64,000 bases of DNA from assembly GCA_964016885.1 (NCBI GenBank), contig OZ024741.1:114452001-114516000 (forward strand). Reading direction: 5' to 3'. The position numbers were made by a program, and so were the translations under genes. The number at the start of each line of letters is the position of its first letter. The stretch's first letter is position 1. Positions 50,808 through 62,453 of this stretch are shown here, one piece after another. Origin of the DNA: Eledone cirrhosa. Its lineage: Eukaryota. Below the pieces are notes generated by a model. That model did not search any database, had not been told where the DNA came from, and saw only the letters and a program-made list of their open reading frames with translations.

Positions 50808-52928
50808 TTTCTTTATTAACCACAAGGGTTTACATAAAGTAGACATTAAGGACAGTGCAGGACAATACAGGACGGTACAAATGGGCATTTCTGCGTGTAA
50901 AAAACAAAAACAGAGGATGTAACAAAAAAATAACAATGAAAAAATTCCTCAATAGGGGGAGACTTCGGAGGGACATTTGTGGAGAAAGCCCAGTAAAAGG
51001 CCACAGTGACCCTGACCACCAAGGCAAGTGCCCTCTCCCAGTTTTCCACCTTTAATTTACAGATATATACTCAGAGTAGGCCCATTCACTCGGGCCATTC
51101 TTGCTTCTCTCACCCATCTTTCAACAAAATGCTGGGAAGAGAGCACTTCCCTCTCTACTCTGATTGTCCTTTTCAAATAAAATTTGAAAAAGTCAATCAG
51201 TGCATCACCGAAGAGGTAAGTGCTCGTCTTCAGCCCTTTCAAACGTGTCCACCATATTATCTCTTTCGCCATGGCCACCAGACAGATAAAAACTGCCTGC
51301 CCTTCCCGGCTAAAGGAGGAGGGCGGGGCAATCCTCACGATGGACTCAGATAATAGCCGGATCCGTCCTACACGCGACAGCAGGTGTTCGACATAAACCC
51401 ACAAGTTAGCAATTTTCGGACACTGGACGAGTGCGTGCAGGACGGTTTCGTCGCCATGCGCGCATCTCGGACATGCCCGGCTGACGGCACCTCCATGCCT
51501 ATAGAGTTTATCCCGAACTGGCAAGGCTCCTCGGTAGCACTGCCCGGCCAGAGATTTCTAGAAGTTGTCCATAGGCCCCGGCCCGAAAGTCCTTCCGAAG
51601 AGATTGGCTAGTTGATTTTCGTCGACGCCTAGAGTTTCCCCAAGTACGTCGTCACACTTCCCCTCCACTAATCCTCTATAGAACGCCGAGGTGGAGTTTC
51701 CACCGATCACATTGCCCGATTGGTCGAGGGATGTGAGCGCCTGAAGACATTCCAGTCTCCAGGCGCTCCCTCTCGGTCTTCGCTTGACTCTGGACTGCAG
51801 TTCCGTCAAGGAGACGAGCTGGGGAAAAACGTGTCTAGCAAACGGCTACCACACCTGATCACCGTCGAGGAAGAGGTGGAGATGTCATAGCCTGAGCGCG
51901 TGCCGGCGCATCATCAGCCACGGCATGCACAGCCCTCCACGTAGCGGGTGTTGACAACAGATGGTCCGCCTGCCATCGGAGCGCGTCCCTTCCACAAAAA
52001 GCGAAAGAGCAAACGCTCCAGCGCAGTCAGGCGAGGCTTAGGACAAGGTACGACGGTCAGGCGGTAGCAGATGACAGACGCGATGTACGCGTTAGCCACC
52101 TCCGTTCGACCTTTCAGGGATAGCTTCCCCTCCGCCCATTTCTGGGTGAGAGAAGCCACCCTGCTCGCCACCTCGTCCCAGTTTTTGTCCGTTTGGAGGT
52201 CCGGACCGAACCAGACCCCTAGCAATTTAACCGGTCCGTCCGTCCAGCGTCCGACGACGCTGTTGGACGGCATGGACCTGCCTCTCCAGGTGCCGAGCTG
52301 CAGGCCCACTGACTTTTCCTGGTTGATCATTGCGCGTGTCACCGCTTCGTATTCTCTTAGTGTAGTGCCGATCGCCTCGATGTGTTTGGCGTTCGACACC
52401 ACTACGGTGACATCGTCCGCATATGCTGAGACGGATCTTCCGCATCCTAGTTCGCGCGGGACGCCCCTCAACGTCTCCAGTTTGTGCAGTAATGGCTCGA
52501 GAATCAATACGTACAAGAGGGACGAGAGGGGACATCCTTGTCGGACCGAGCGCATGATGTTGAACGGTTCCGAAAGGTTACCGTTCACTCTCACCACAGA
52601 GCTGATGTCGCTGTGCATGGCAGCGATCCAGCCTCTGAAGACGGGCCCAAAGCCAGCCTCCCTCAGGACTGCCGCTAGGTAACGATGGTCGACCCTATCG
52701 AAAGCTTTCGACTGATCTAAATTGATCAAAGACCCACCCGTGCCAGGTTCCCTAGCTACCCTCTCTACGATGTATCGCATCAGGTGGAGGTTGTCGTGGA
52801 TGGATCTGTCGGGAATGGCGCATGTCTGCGCCTCTCCCACCAGACCACCAACGACAAGTGCCAACCTCTTTGCTAGCACCTTGGCCAAAATCTTGAACTC
52901 TGTGTTTAGCAGAGTTATGGGCTTGAAA

Positions 52929-54473
52929 TTATCTGTTCTCCCCCTTGTTCGGATCCTTTCTAAGCAGTGCCACTGCTCCTCGGCTCACAGAGCTGGGAAT
53001 TCTCCCGTTCTGTTGCCAGTTGCAGTAGACGTCCGCCAAGAGGCCTCCGAACAAGTCTGGCATCAGTACGTAAAGTTCATAGGGAAGACCATCCAAACCA
53101 GGAGATTTACCCGTTGTGCAGCCAGTCATTGCCTCCCGTACTTCAGCGGCTGTTATCGGATTTTCGCAACACTCCGCCTCAGTGGCCGAGAGCCGCGGCA
53201 GTCCGTCGAGGTAGACACTAAAGTCCATCCCTCGACCCGGCCCACCGCTGCCCCCGAACAGCTGAGCGAAGTGTCGCTGAAAAGCTTCACACATTTGCCC
53301 GGGATCGAGTAGCATGCGCCCATCGTGGTCCACTAAAGACCGGATCGTGGCTTTGTTGCCACGACGCGCCTCCGCCACTCGGGCCCATTGAACGGCTTTC
53401 GTCCCCTCGTGTCTGAGAGCACACACCCTAGCTCTGACAACGCAGCCTTCGTGCTTTGCATTGAAGAATTGGTCAAGGGCCAATTTCGCCTCAAGCACGT
53501 CGGTCGCGATGCCTTTGCTAAGCGCCTCGTCTAATTTTCTAACTAGTTCTCCCTCTGCTCTATTTTTCTCTATTGCTAAAGCCTTACTAAACTTAATGGA
53601 TTCTATTCTAATCGCTCTTTTCAGAGCAAACCACCACTTGTTGTTGACGATGGCCCCCGTCAACGCCCGCTTAACTAGTTCGCTAATCCGGTCTCTGTAG
53701 GCCTTGCGCGCTGGTAAGGACGCGTTTAGCTTCCAGTAGCCGGGCCCTCGTCTATGAAGCCTATCTAAGTCAAGCACACAGATCACGAATTTGTGGTCCG
53801 TGTAGCTGACTATCTTGAATTGTGGACAGCCTATGCTAGACCTATCTATTTCCCTACAAAATACTCTATCTAGATATGATCTGGATGATCCTATGCGATT
53901 TGTCCAAGTCCACATTGGCACATTCGGGAAATCCAATCGGTACCTGTCAGACAGTTCAAAACGCCTGAGCAGGTTGGTGAGGCTCTTGCACCCTCCGCCC
54001 CTATCCGCTAATACCACACAGTCCCAGCATGCATCTAAGATCCCATTCCAGTCGCCCACTAACACTAAAGAGCGGGACGTTCCAAGAAAGGTCTCCAGAC
54101 GCCGGAAGAAATCATGCCGCCCTGCTCCTGTCGGGGCATAGACGGCCACTAGCCTGAAAGCTTGCCCGTCTCCGCTGGTCACGTCCAGCACCACCAACTT
54201 ACCCTCTGGGTCCAGGAAGATGGCCCGTATGGCGAGATCCAAAGCTCTCCGAAAAAGCACAGCAACTCCTCCCTCCGATCCAGGACGGCTGGGAGATGCG
54301 TACACATCGTAGCCGCCGAAGATCGGTGCGAAGGTCCGTGCTTCGGAGATTCTGGTCTCGCTGATGGCCACTACATCTATGTTTAGTGAGCTGAGGTCGT
54401 TGAGCAGGTGACCCTGCTTCCATGACGACCCCAAGCCACGCGCATTTATGCTGCCTATTCTGAGTGAGGTCAT
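52929..54473 (-). pseudogene. Tx1 ORF2 N-terminal part: APE-type endonuclease and linker
   Basis: Exo/endo/phosphatase motifs, GYWKLN, KSPGLDGLPYE; continues by frameshift into RT ORF 51914..52888. Confidence 0.88.
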
Positions 54474-54508
54474 GTTTAAAATGGAGTGGAAAAGATGGGA
54501 AAGACCAC

Positions 54509-55585
54509 TTACCGTACTTTTCGTAGAGGAAGGATGGTTTCTCCATCCCTTTTCACTTGATCGTCTGGTGAAGGGACCGTTGAATCGTCCCTTCGGCTGG
54601 TCGTCGACTCTTCTATGAGTATGTCCGAATATACTCTCCGGTTGAGAGTCCCTCCTAGGTCTCTGAAATCACCAACTGCGTTGGGGAATTTCGTTTTAAT
54701 GTTTGTGTATTGTTTCTGTGCTATTTTTAGCAGTCTTATGTTCGTTGGCGTTTTGATTGGTGCTGGAATTATGTAGTCGTACTGTGAAATGTCTGTGTGT
54801 TCAATTATGTAAGTCATTAGTTTCTTGTTGTGTGTATTTATTGCCGTGCATTTGTTTTTCTGGGGGAGGGGTGTGGTTCTGCTATTTTCTTGTCGTTGTT
54901 GCTGGGTGTGTGTGTTTTGTTGTTGTGCTTGCGATGGTGGTGTTGAAGGTGTTGTTGTTGTTGACGGTGGGGTAGTCGCCGGTGGTGATGGTGGTGCTAG
55001 TGTGGGTGGTGATGGTGTTGGTGGTGTTGCTGCTGTGAGTCTCTTTGCAGTAGCCTTTACCCTTTTTTCATTTCTTTCCTCCCTTTTCGAAGGCGACGAT
55101 GCGCTGCTTCTGCGTTTGTGCCTTCTTACGACCTTTTGCCATCCCTCTCCCACCTCACACTCCATGTCTGATTCTGTGAGGTCGGGGAGGGGTACCATCC
55201 CCATTCTTTCATTTGTTGTTGTTGGTGATGTTTGCACTGGAGTCTCTGTTGCAGCTGCATTTGGTATTGCTGTTGTTGTTGTTAATACTTCCACTGCTGC
55301 TGCTGTTTTTGATTTCCGTGGCGTGGGTATGGGTGCCACGGACCTATCGTTCCTGGTTGCCGCTTGTCCTGTTGCTGGTAGCCGTGGAGCCGGTTTCGGA
55401 AGGAGGGGGGTTTTCTCCTTTCTCAGGGTCTTCTCGTTGCAGAAGGCCCTGAGGTGAGTCTTCGATCCACAGCGAAAGCATTTCGGGCGTTTGCCCTCAA
55501 CACTTATGGGCAGTTGAGTGCCGTTATCGAAGTCTATCACATCCGGGATAGCTTCGATGCACTCCTGGTTGGTTTGGATTAACAT
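54509..55585 (-). pseudogene. Tx1 ORF1 C-terminal part (gag-like CCHC knuckle)
   Basis: CX2CX4HX4C motif, GWQKVVRR, Pro/Thr-rich tail; ends 36 nt before the ORF2 ATG. Confidence 0.8.
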
Positions 55586-56816
55586 CTCAATGGAGGTGCC
55601 GACCCAATCTTCTTTTACTTTTTTCTGTACTTGCAGTACAGTTGTTTTATCCTCGATTCCGACGAGGACAGACGCGGCTAGCCAAGAAGGGGGGGGGGAC
55701 GACGACGTGGATCAGTTTGACCCTCACAATTTTTTGCCCGCAGTAGGAGGGCACCAACACCATTTCCTCGCTCCTTAGGGTCACTAAAGATTGAGCCTTT
55801 GCCTCCTGGGGTGTGACAAAAAGTACGTCTACGGTGGCATATTTCTTGCCTCGGGTGATGTGCGTTTTCCGCTGCCACACAGACCCCAAGGCTTTTTGTA
55901 TTTGAGCCTCTGTGGATCTTTCAACCCTACGGGTTTTGTACTTACTGGACGGTACGTGACCGTACAGTGCTGTTGGGTTTCGAAAAATTTTTCGGCTGCC
56001 TTGCAGATTGCTCCGTGTCCAGTTTTTGTCACCATCTTCTTCGCTTCCTCTAATTCCTCATTTGTTATGAGGATGGCTTCCAGGTTCTTTGCGATACCTG
56101 CAAACGAGATTGGTTTTTCTTTGCTGCTGTTGTTGTTGTTGTTGTTGTCAGAGCTGTTGTTACTTTTGTTGTTGCTGCAGGTATTACGACTACTGCCGCC
56201 GCTGTTGCTGTGGTTGTTGTTGTTGTTGCTGCTGCTGCTGTTGGTGTTGCTGCTAATGCTGTTGTTGTTTATGCTGCTGCTGATGCTGTTGCGGCTGCTA
56301 CTGTTGTTTTCCTTGTCACTGTTGCTGCTGTTATTACGGCTGCTACTGCTATTATTCCTGACGAATGAAATGGGTTTTCGTATTTCCCGCACACCTTTTT
56401 CGTTGTTGTCGTCGTCGTGGAGAAATCTTGCACGCTTTGCACGTGATTTTTCTTTTTTGGCGTCGCTTGCGAAAGAGAAGGGAGGGAGAGAGACAATCTT
56501 CTCTCTGCTGTAGTGACAATTGAGGAAGAAGAAGACGGAATGAGTGGCAGTGATCTATGAAAATTCTTTTTCGTAGCCATGTTATTTTTTTGTTTAAAAT
56601 AAATATTGAGCACAAAACCCCAATAAGCGGTTATTTGACCCCGAAGGGCCAAATAACAGGCAGAAAGACCCCTCTCACGAGGAGGAGGGTGTTTTTGTCT
56701 ATAAGTTGGTTAAAGTTTTAAACAATTTACAATTGTTATAGCGGTCAAAATTTACAATACCTTACAGAGCCGAGCCTCCGTCAACCATAGCATTCAATAA
56801 TAATAATAATAATAAT

Positions 56817-57722
56817 GATTTCTTTATTAACCACAAGGGTTTACATAAAGTAGACATTAAGGACAGTGCAGGACAATACAGGACGGTACAAATGGGCATT
56901 TCTGCGTGTAAAAAACAAAAACAGAGGATGTAACAAAAAAATAACAATGAAAAAATTCCTCAATAGGGGGAGACTTCGGAGGGACATTTGTGGAGAAAGC
57001 CCAGTAAAAGGCCACAGTGACCCTGACCACCAAGGCAAGTGCCCTCTCCCAGTTTTCCACCTTTAATTTACAGATATATACTCAGAGTAGGCCCATTCAC
57101 TCGGGCCATTCTTGCTTCTCTCACCCATCTTTCAACAAAATACTGGGAAGAGAGCACTTCCCTCTCTACTCTGATTGTCCTTTTCAAATAAAATTTGAAA
57201 AAGTCAATCAGGGCATCACCGAAGAGGTAAGTGCTCGTCTTCAGCCCTTTCAAACGTGTCCACCATATTATCTCTTTCGCCATGGCCACCAGACAGATAA
57301 AAACTGCCTGCCTTTCCCGGCTAAAGGAGGAGGGCGGGGCAATCCTCACGATGGACTCAGATAATAGCCGGATCCGTCCTACACGCGACAGCAGGTGTTC
57401 GACATAAACCCACAAGTCAGCAATTTCCGGACACTGGACGAGTGCGTGCAGGACGGTTTCGTCGCCATGCGCGCATCTCGGACATGCCCGGCTGACGGCA
57501 CCTCCATGCCTATAGAGTTTATCCCGAACTGGCAAGGCTCCTCGGTAGCACTGCCCGGCCAGAGATTTCTAGAAGTTGTCCATAGGCCCCGGCCCGAAAG
57601 TCCTTCCGAAGAGATTGGCTAGTTGATTTTCGTCGACGCCTAGAGTTTCCCCAAGTACGTCGTCACTCTTCCCCTCCACTAATCCTCTATAGAACGCCGA
57701 GGTGGAGTTTCCACCGATCACA
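56817..57722 (-). mobile_element. 5'-truncated Tx1 copy in tandem with the full-length element
   Basis: Nearly identical to 50806-51711; (TTA)n on both sides. Confidence 0.92.
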
Positions 57723-57751
57723 TAATAATAATAATAATAATACTAATAATA

Positions 57752-57998
57752 AACTGCCATGAAATCAAGGTCGTCCCGATTGTCATAGGCGCACTAGGTA
57801 CTATCTCAAAGAGTTTCCAAGGATGGTTAAAGAAGATTAGTCCAGCTCCGCTTTTTGGAACACTTCAAATGGCATGCTTGCTGGGAACAGTAAGAACCCT
57901 CCGATACATCCTGATTATTTGAGGCTGTAGGTAGCGGTTTGATATTCATTTTAACAAACTCCCCAGTTAAATAACATCAATGACTGACACTCAAAGAA
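57752..57998 (+). mobile_element. Short 3' fragment of R4/Dong-type family B
   Basis: Matches 41720-41965; (TAA)n on both sides. Confidence 0.85.
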
Positions 57999-58018
57999 CA
58001 ATAATAATAACAATAATG

Positions 58019-58052
<34 letters not shown>

Positions 58053-58063
58053 TAATAATAATA

Positions 58064-61000
58064 AAAACCCCGTGACCAAGAAATACCGGGATGGCGGCCG
58101 GCGGGGAATAGCCATGTCTCTAGGGGAGAACGACCCCTCTAGTCTTGGTTGACACTCGTTCTAGAAGTGGTAACACGAAAAGATTACCCCTTGGCGGATA
58201 AGGATAAAACGCGACAAAATAAAGTAGATGTCTAATGATGAAATCTCATACCGGATCGGCCGTCACCCGGGTAAAAAAGGGCCGCGTCCCTCAGAGAGGA
58301 ACCAGACTGGGGTCGAAAAATCAGCTAATGGTTCAAACCTTCCCATCACTTCGGAGCTGGAGACCTCCCATAACCGGAATACTCCTACTGTTGGCCCTCC
58401 ATGCTCACCACCAAGAAATCCAAAGAAAAAGAGAGAAAAATGGTCAAGGGAAGATAATAAAGAAGTCCTTGAGGCTTTCTACACTGCCATGTACTACCCA
58501 TCAAATACATCGAATACAGAGCAAACATATATCAACTGGAAAAAGAAACATCCCGAAAACAGAGGCTATATTGACAGTAACAAACTAGCCAATATACGAA
58601 GAAATATTGTAAGAAAAAAGTTACTAACTGATATAGAAATTGATCAGATCAAGCTAGTAGCACAAAGTCAGCGAAGGGAAAATGAAGCATGTGTCAGTGA
58701 AAACGAGGTAAACTGTAACACTTCGAATCCCAGAGTTGGGGCGGAATCACTGGCAACAGAACAAATTAAAGAAAGGAGCGAAAAAGTGGAGGGAGTGCAT
58801 GCTCAGGATGAAACTCCAAATGAAAATAATGAGATCGTAAATGATAAAGAAATGAATGAGAATGAACTTGCCAACTTGAAGGATGAAATTATGATCGAAT
58901 GGATGAAAATGAAAGAATCTGACATGGGGCAACGAGACACCCTCCCTAAGATCCAGAACTCCAAACAGAACCAAAAGATAATACACAAGACTAACATAAT
59001 TCTCAAAAACATTATCATCACAAACAAAATAAACATTACTGACTTAAATCATCTCTATTATGCATCGGCTAAAGTCACCACTCACTTATGTGGAGTGAAG
59101 ATGAAAAAACAAAGGAATTCCCACAAGAAATCTACTTGGCAAGATAACATCAATCGCCAAATAAACCTTCTCCGATCTGACATAGAAATTTTAACAAACT
59201 ATAAAGTAGGTGAACATGTTAAACAAACTAAACTTAGAAAATTGAAAAAAAAGTACAGTATAAGATCAACATGTGACATAGACATGCTGATAGAAACAAT
59301 CAAGCAAAAAGTGTCGGCCAAAGCTGCTCGTATAAGGCGCTTTGAAAAACGATCTAGATTCTATAAGGACAATAATATGTTCAAAAACAACCAAAGAAAC
59401 TTCTACAGAAAAATTGGTAAGTCAACAATAACTGCTAAATCAATACCACCCAAGGAGGAAGTGCAAGAATTCTGGGAAAAGATCTGGGCCGAAGAAAAAG
59501 TTCATAACATACATGCCCCATGGATAGACAGACAAATGAAAGAAACAGCTCACCTTGAGGAACAAACATGGGAAAATATAACAGTTGAACAGCTGCGCTT
59601 GGCTCTAAGAAAAACCAGCAAATGGAAATCCCCAGGAAAAGACAAAATACAAAACTTTTGGATAAATGCCTTCACAGAGTCTCATGAGCTGTTAGCCCAA
59701 CTTTACAATGAAATAGTTAAGGAGCCAGAAAAGATACCATCATGGCTAGTTAACGGCATTACATTCCTGCTACCGAAGAATGATGAGACAAACAATCCCA
59801 AAAATTACAGACCGATAACCTGCTTGACCACAATGTATAAAATTTTAACATCAGTCCTAACTGAATACACATATGACCACCTGATAACAAATGACCTATT
59901 TCCCATTGAGCAGAAAGGGTGTAAACGAGGCTCATATGGCTGTAAGGATCAGCTTCTGGTTAACAAAATGATACTGGAAGATTGTCATAATAGACACAAA
60001 AACCTATCGATTGCTTGGATAGATTATAAAAAAGCATTTGATAGTTTGCCACACAGTTGGATTGAAAAATGTTTAGAGATTTTCAAAATATCCCCCGTTG
60101 TCAGGAGGTTTTTGTCATTCAGTATGAGGACATGGAGAACGACACTCCTTTTGAATAGTGAAACAAAATCACTGGAAGCTGGAGAAGTTAACATTAATTG
60201 TGGAATTTTTCAGGGTGACTCTTTATCACCGCTTTTATTCTGCATCGCACTTATACCATTAAGTAAAATGCTCAATGAAACAAAACATGGATATAGAGTC
60301 TATGACAAAACCATTAATCACCTGTTCTACATGGATGACCTGAAACTATTTGCAAAAAATGATGAACAATTGCAAGGGCTATTATCCACTGTGAAGCAGT
60401 TCAGTGATGACATTAAAATGGAGTTTGGACTGGATAAATGCGCCAAAGCAACGTTCACCAGAGGAAAGCTGCTGAAGAGTTCAGACATTAATCTTGATCG
60501 GGGGAATGTGATAAGAGAGCTTGATCAAGAACAAACTTACAAATATCTAGGTGTTTGTGAAGGAGACGGAATCAAGCACTCGACAATGAGGGAAAGGATA
60601 AGGAAGGAATGTTACCGCAGAGTCAGAGCAATCTTAAGAACGGAATTGAATGCAAGGAATAGGATCGATGCCATAAACACGCTTGCCATACCAGTAGTAA
60701 CCTACAGTTACAATGTCATCAACTGGTCAAGCACAGAGATCCGTAGGCTCGATACAAAAATCCGAAAATTCTTAACCATGCACAGAATGCATCACCCTAA
60801 GGCAGACATAGATAGAATATATCTCCCTAGGAAAGAAGGAGGACGTGGGTTAATCCAGTTAGACATTGCGTTGAAAACTGCAACAATTGGATTATCCACA
60901 TATCTAAGGGAATCACATGATTGGATGATCAAACTCGTTTTGAAACACGAAAGCACCAAAAGATCATATTCCATTACAAAAGATGCACAAAGATACAGTA

Positions 61001-62018
61001 ATGGACTACAAATTTCAGAAGTCCCATTTACTGCTGAAATGGAAAACACAGAAAAAGCAAAGCAGGTAAAAGTAACTGCAAAGAAAGAACTGCTACAGAA
61101 ACTGGCTAAGAAATGGCAAGAAAAGCCTCTGTATGGAAAATACCCAGAGCGAGCTAACAATCCTGATGTTGACAAAACTTTAACCCATCAGTGGTTGGCA
61201 TCCTCTGGACTGAAATCGGAGACTGAAGGACTGATTATATCCGCACAAGATCAGTGTCTGCCAACAAAAAATTACCAAGCCAACATAATAAAAAATGGGT
61301 GCAGCCCATTATGCCGTGTATGCAAAAAACAACCAGAGACCATTGACCATATAATTTCAATGTGCAGTCCTATAGCTCCAACCGAATACCTAAACAGGCA
61401 TGACAGAGCTGCACAATACATACATTGGATAATGTGTAAGCATTTTGACCTGCCCCATCAAAAGAATTGGTGGGAGCATCAACCACCTCCCATACTTGTA
61501 AAAGATCACATCTCAATCTTGTGGAACTTTAGCATCCAAACAGACCGAAAAATAGATGCAAATAGACCTGATATAATATTGAAGGACTTTCAAAGTAGGG
61601 TATGCCTGCTAATTGATATGTCTGTTCCAATAGACAAGAATGTATCTATAAAAACATTTGAAAAATTGAGCAAGTATAAGGACCTGGAGATAGAAATTGG
61701 AAAAATGTGGAAATTGAGAACTAAAACAATACCAGTGGTTGTAGGCGCTCTGGGAATGATACCTAAGGGGTCTAACGACTACTTATCGCAAATCCCAGGA
61801 AACCCGCGTATAGGAGAAATACAAAAGATAGTACTAATGGGAACTGCCCATATACTAAGGAAGATCCTGTCAATATAAGTACATCACAAGTCTAAACACT
61901 AAGGATGCATGTGTGAATATGTATGTTCTTTCTTGAACATGGCGGACCTTGTTGTCTCTTGAGGTCACTGGTTGTGACTTGGTGATAACTCGTATAAACA
62001 TAAAGCAAGATAAATGCA
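58064..62018 (+). mobile_element. Apparently full-length R4/Dong-clade non-LTR retrotransposon (family A) in (TAA)n
   Basis: Single long ORF, about 165-nt 5' UTR, about 140-nt 3' UTR, (TAA)n on both sides. Confidence 0.92.
58228..61878 (+). CDS. R4/Dong-type polyprotein: RT + CCHC + restriction-like endonuclease (intact 1216 aa)
   Basis: WKSPGKD, NYRPITCL, WIDYKKAFDS, GIFQGDSLSPLLF, YMDD, CRVC..ETIDHIISMC, RHD, RPDII..IDMSVP..K..KY. Confidence 0.95.
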   Translation: MSNDEISYRIGRHPGKKGPRPSERNQTGVEKSANGSNLPITSELETSHNRNTPTVGPPCSPPRNPKKKREKWSREDNKEVLEAFYTAMYYPSNTSNTEQTYINWKKKHPENRGYIDSNKLANIRRNIVRKKLLTDIEIDQIKLVAQSQRRENEACVSENEVNCNTSNPRVGAESLATEQIKERSEKVEGVHAQDETPNENNEIVNDKEMNENELANLKDEIMIEWMKMKESDMGQRDTLPKIQNSKQNQKIIHKTNIILKNIIITNKINITDLNHLYYASAKVTTHLCGVKMKKQRNSHKKSTWQDNINRQINLLRSDIEILTNYKVGEHVKQTKLRKLKKKYSIRSTCDIDMLIETIKQKVSAKAARIRRFEKRSRFYKDNNMFKNNQRNFYRKIGKSTITAKSIPPKEEVQEFWEKIWAEEKVHNIHAPWIDRQMKETAHLEEQTWENITVEQLRLALRKTSKWKSPGKDKIQNFWINAFTESHELLAQLYNEIVKEPEKIPSWLVNGITFLLPKNDETNNPKNYRPITCLTTMYKILTSVLTEYTYDHLITNDLFPIEQKGCKRGSYGCKDQLLVNKMILEDCHNRHKNLSIAWIDYKKAFDSLPHSWIEKCLEIFKISPVVRRFLSFSMRTWRTTLLLNSETKSLEAGEVNINCGIFQGDSLSPLLFCIALIPLSKMLNETKHGYRVYDKTINHLFYMDDLKLFAKNDEQLQGLLSTVKQFSDDIKMEFGLDKCAKATFTRGKLLKSSDINLDRGNVIRELDQEQTYKYLGVCEGDGIKHSTMRERIRKECYRRVRAILRTELNARNRIDAINTLAIPVVTYSYNVINWSSTEIRRLDTKIRKFLTMHRMHHPKADIDRIYLPRKEGGRGLIQLDIALKTATIGLSTYLRESHDWMIKLVLKHESTKRSYSITKDAQRYSNGLQISEVPFTAEMENTEKAKQVKVTAKKELLQKLAKKWQEKPLYGKYPERANNPDVDKTLTHQWLASSGLKSETEGLIISAQDQCLPTKNYQANIIKNGCSPLCRVCKKQPETIDHIISMCSPIAPTEYLNRHDRAAQYIHWIMCKHFDLPHQKNWWEHQPPPILVKDHISILWNFSIQTDRKIDANRPDIILKDFQSRVCLLIDMSVPIDKNVSIKTFEKLSKYKDLEIEIGKMWKLRTKTIPVVVGALGMIPKGSNDYLSQIPGNPRIGEIQKIVLMGTAHILRKILSI

Positions 62019-62453
62019 AATAATAATAATAATAAGAAGAAGACACACATGGTGGATAGAAGGTCGAGAAATCGCTCCCGTAAGTTTTGATTTTTTTAAC
62101 ATATTTAAATCAATTGTGAAATAACAATTCTTAGTACAAATGTTGCATAAGACATCCAGCCTGAGTCCCAAAAAATTCGGATCCACAATATATTGTTATA
62201 TCGCTCAAATATTCAATTTTGTATTATACATTTTATATTCAAAAAGAAAATGGTTATAAATGGAAGGAAACCCCCTCTGTCTACACTATATAGAACAGCC
62301 AAATAACAGCAATTTCACCAACATCAGAAACTAGATACACCACCTACCCCATCACCCCTCTGTGTACACTAAACACAACAGCCCGATAACGGCAATTTCA
62401 CCACCACCACCACCAATCTCAGCATAATAATAATAATTACTATTACTATTGCC

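Larger units (their letters stand above)
50806..56795 (-). mobile_element. Full-length (~6 kb) Tx1/L1-clade LINE with disrupted ORFs, flanked by (TTA)n
   Basis: ORF1 pieces (about 56390-54509) carry the zinc knuckle CFRCGSKTHLRAFC. ORF2 has an APE endonuclease (SINARGL, SET, VYAP, GDWN, SYLDR, TDH; 52929..54473), RT (51914..52888) and zf-RVT (51057..51524). Confidence 0.93.

Noticed and set aside
50806-57722. LTR retrotransposon suggested by ~0.9-kb direct repeats
   Set aside because: The repeats are LINE 3' ends with (TTA)n; the protein is APE-RT with no integrase or protease; no TG..CA ends.
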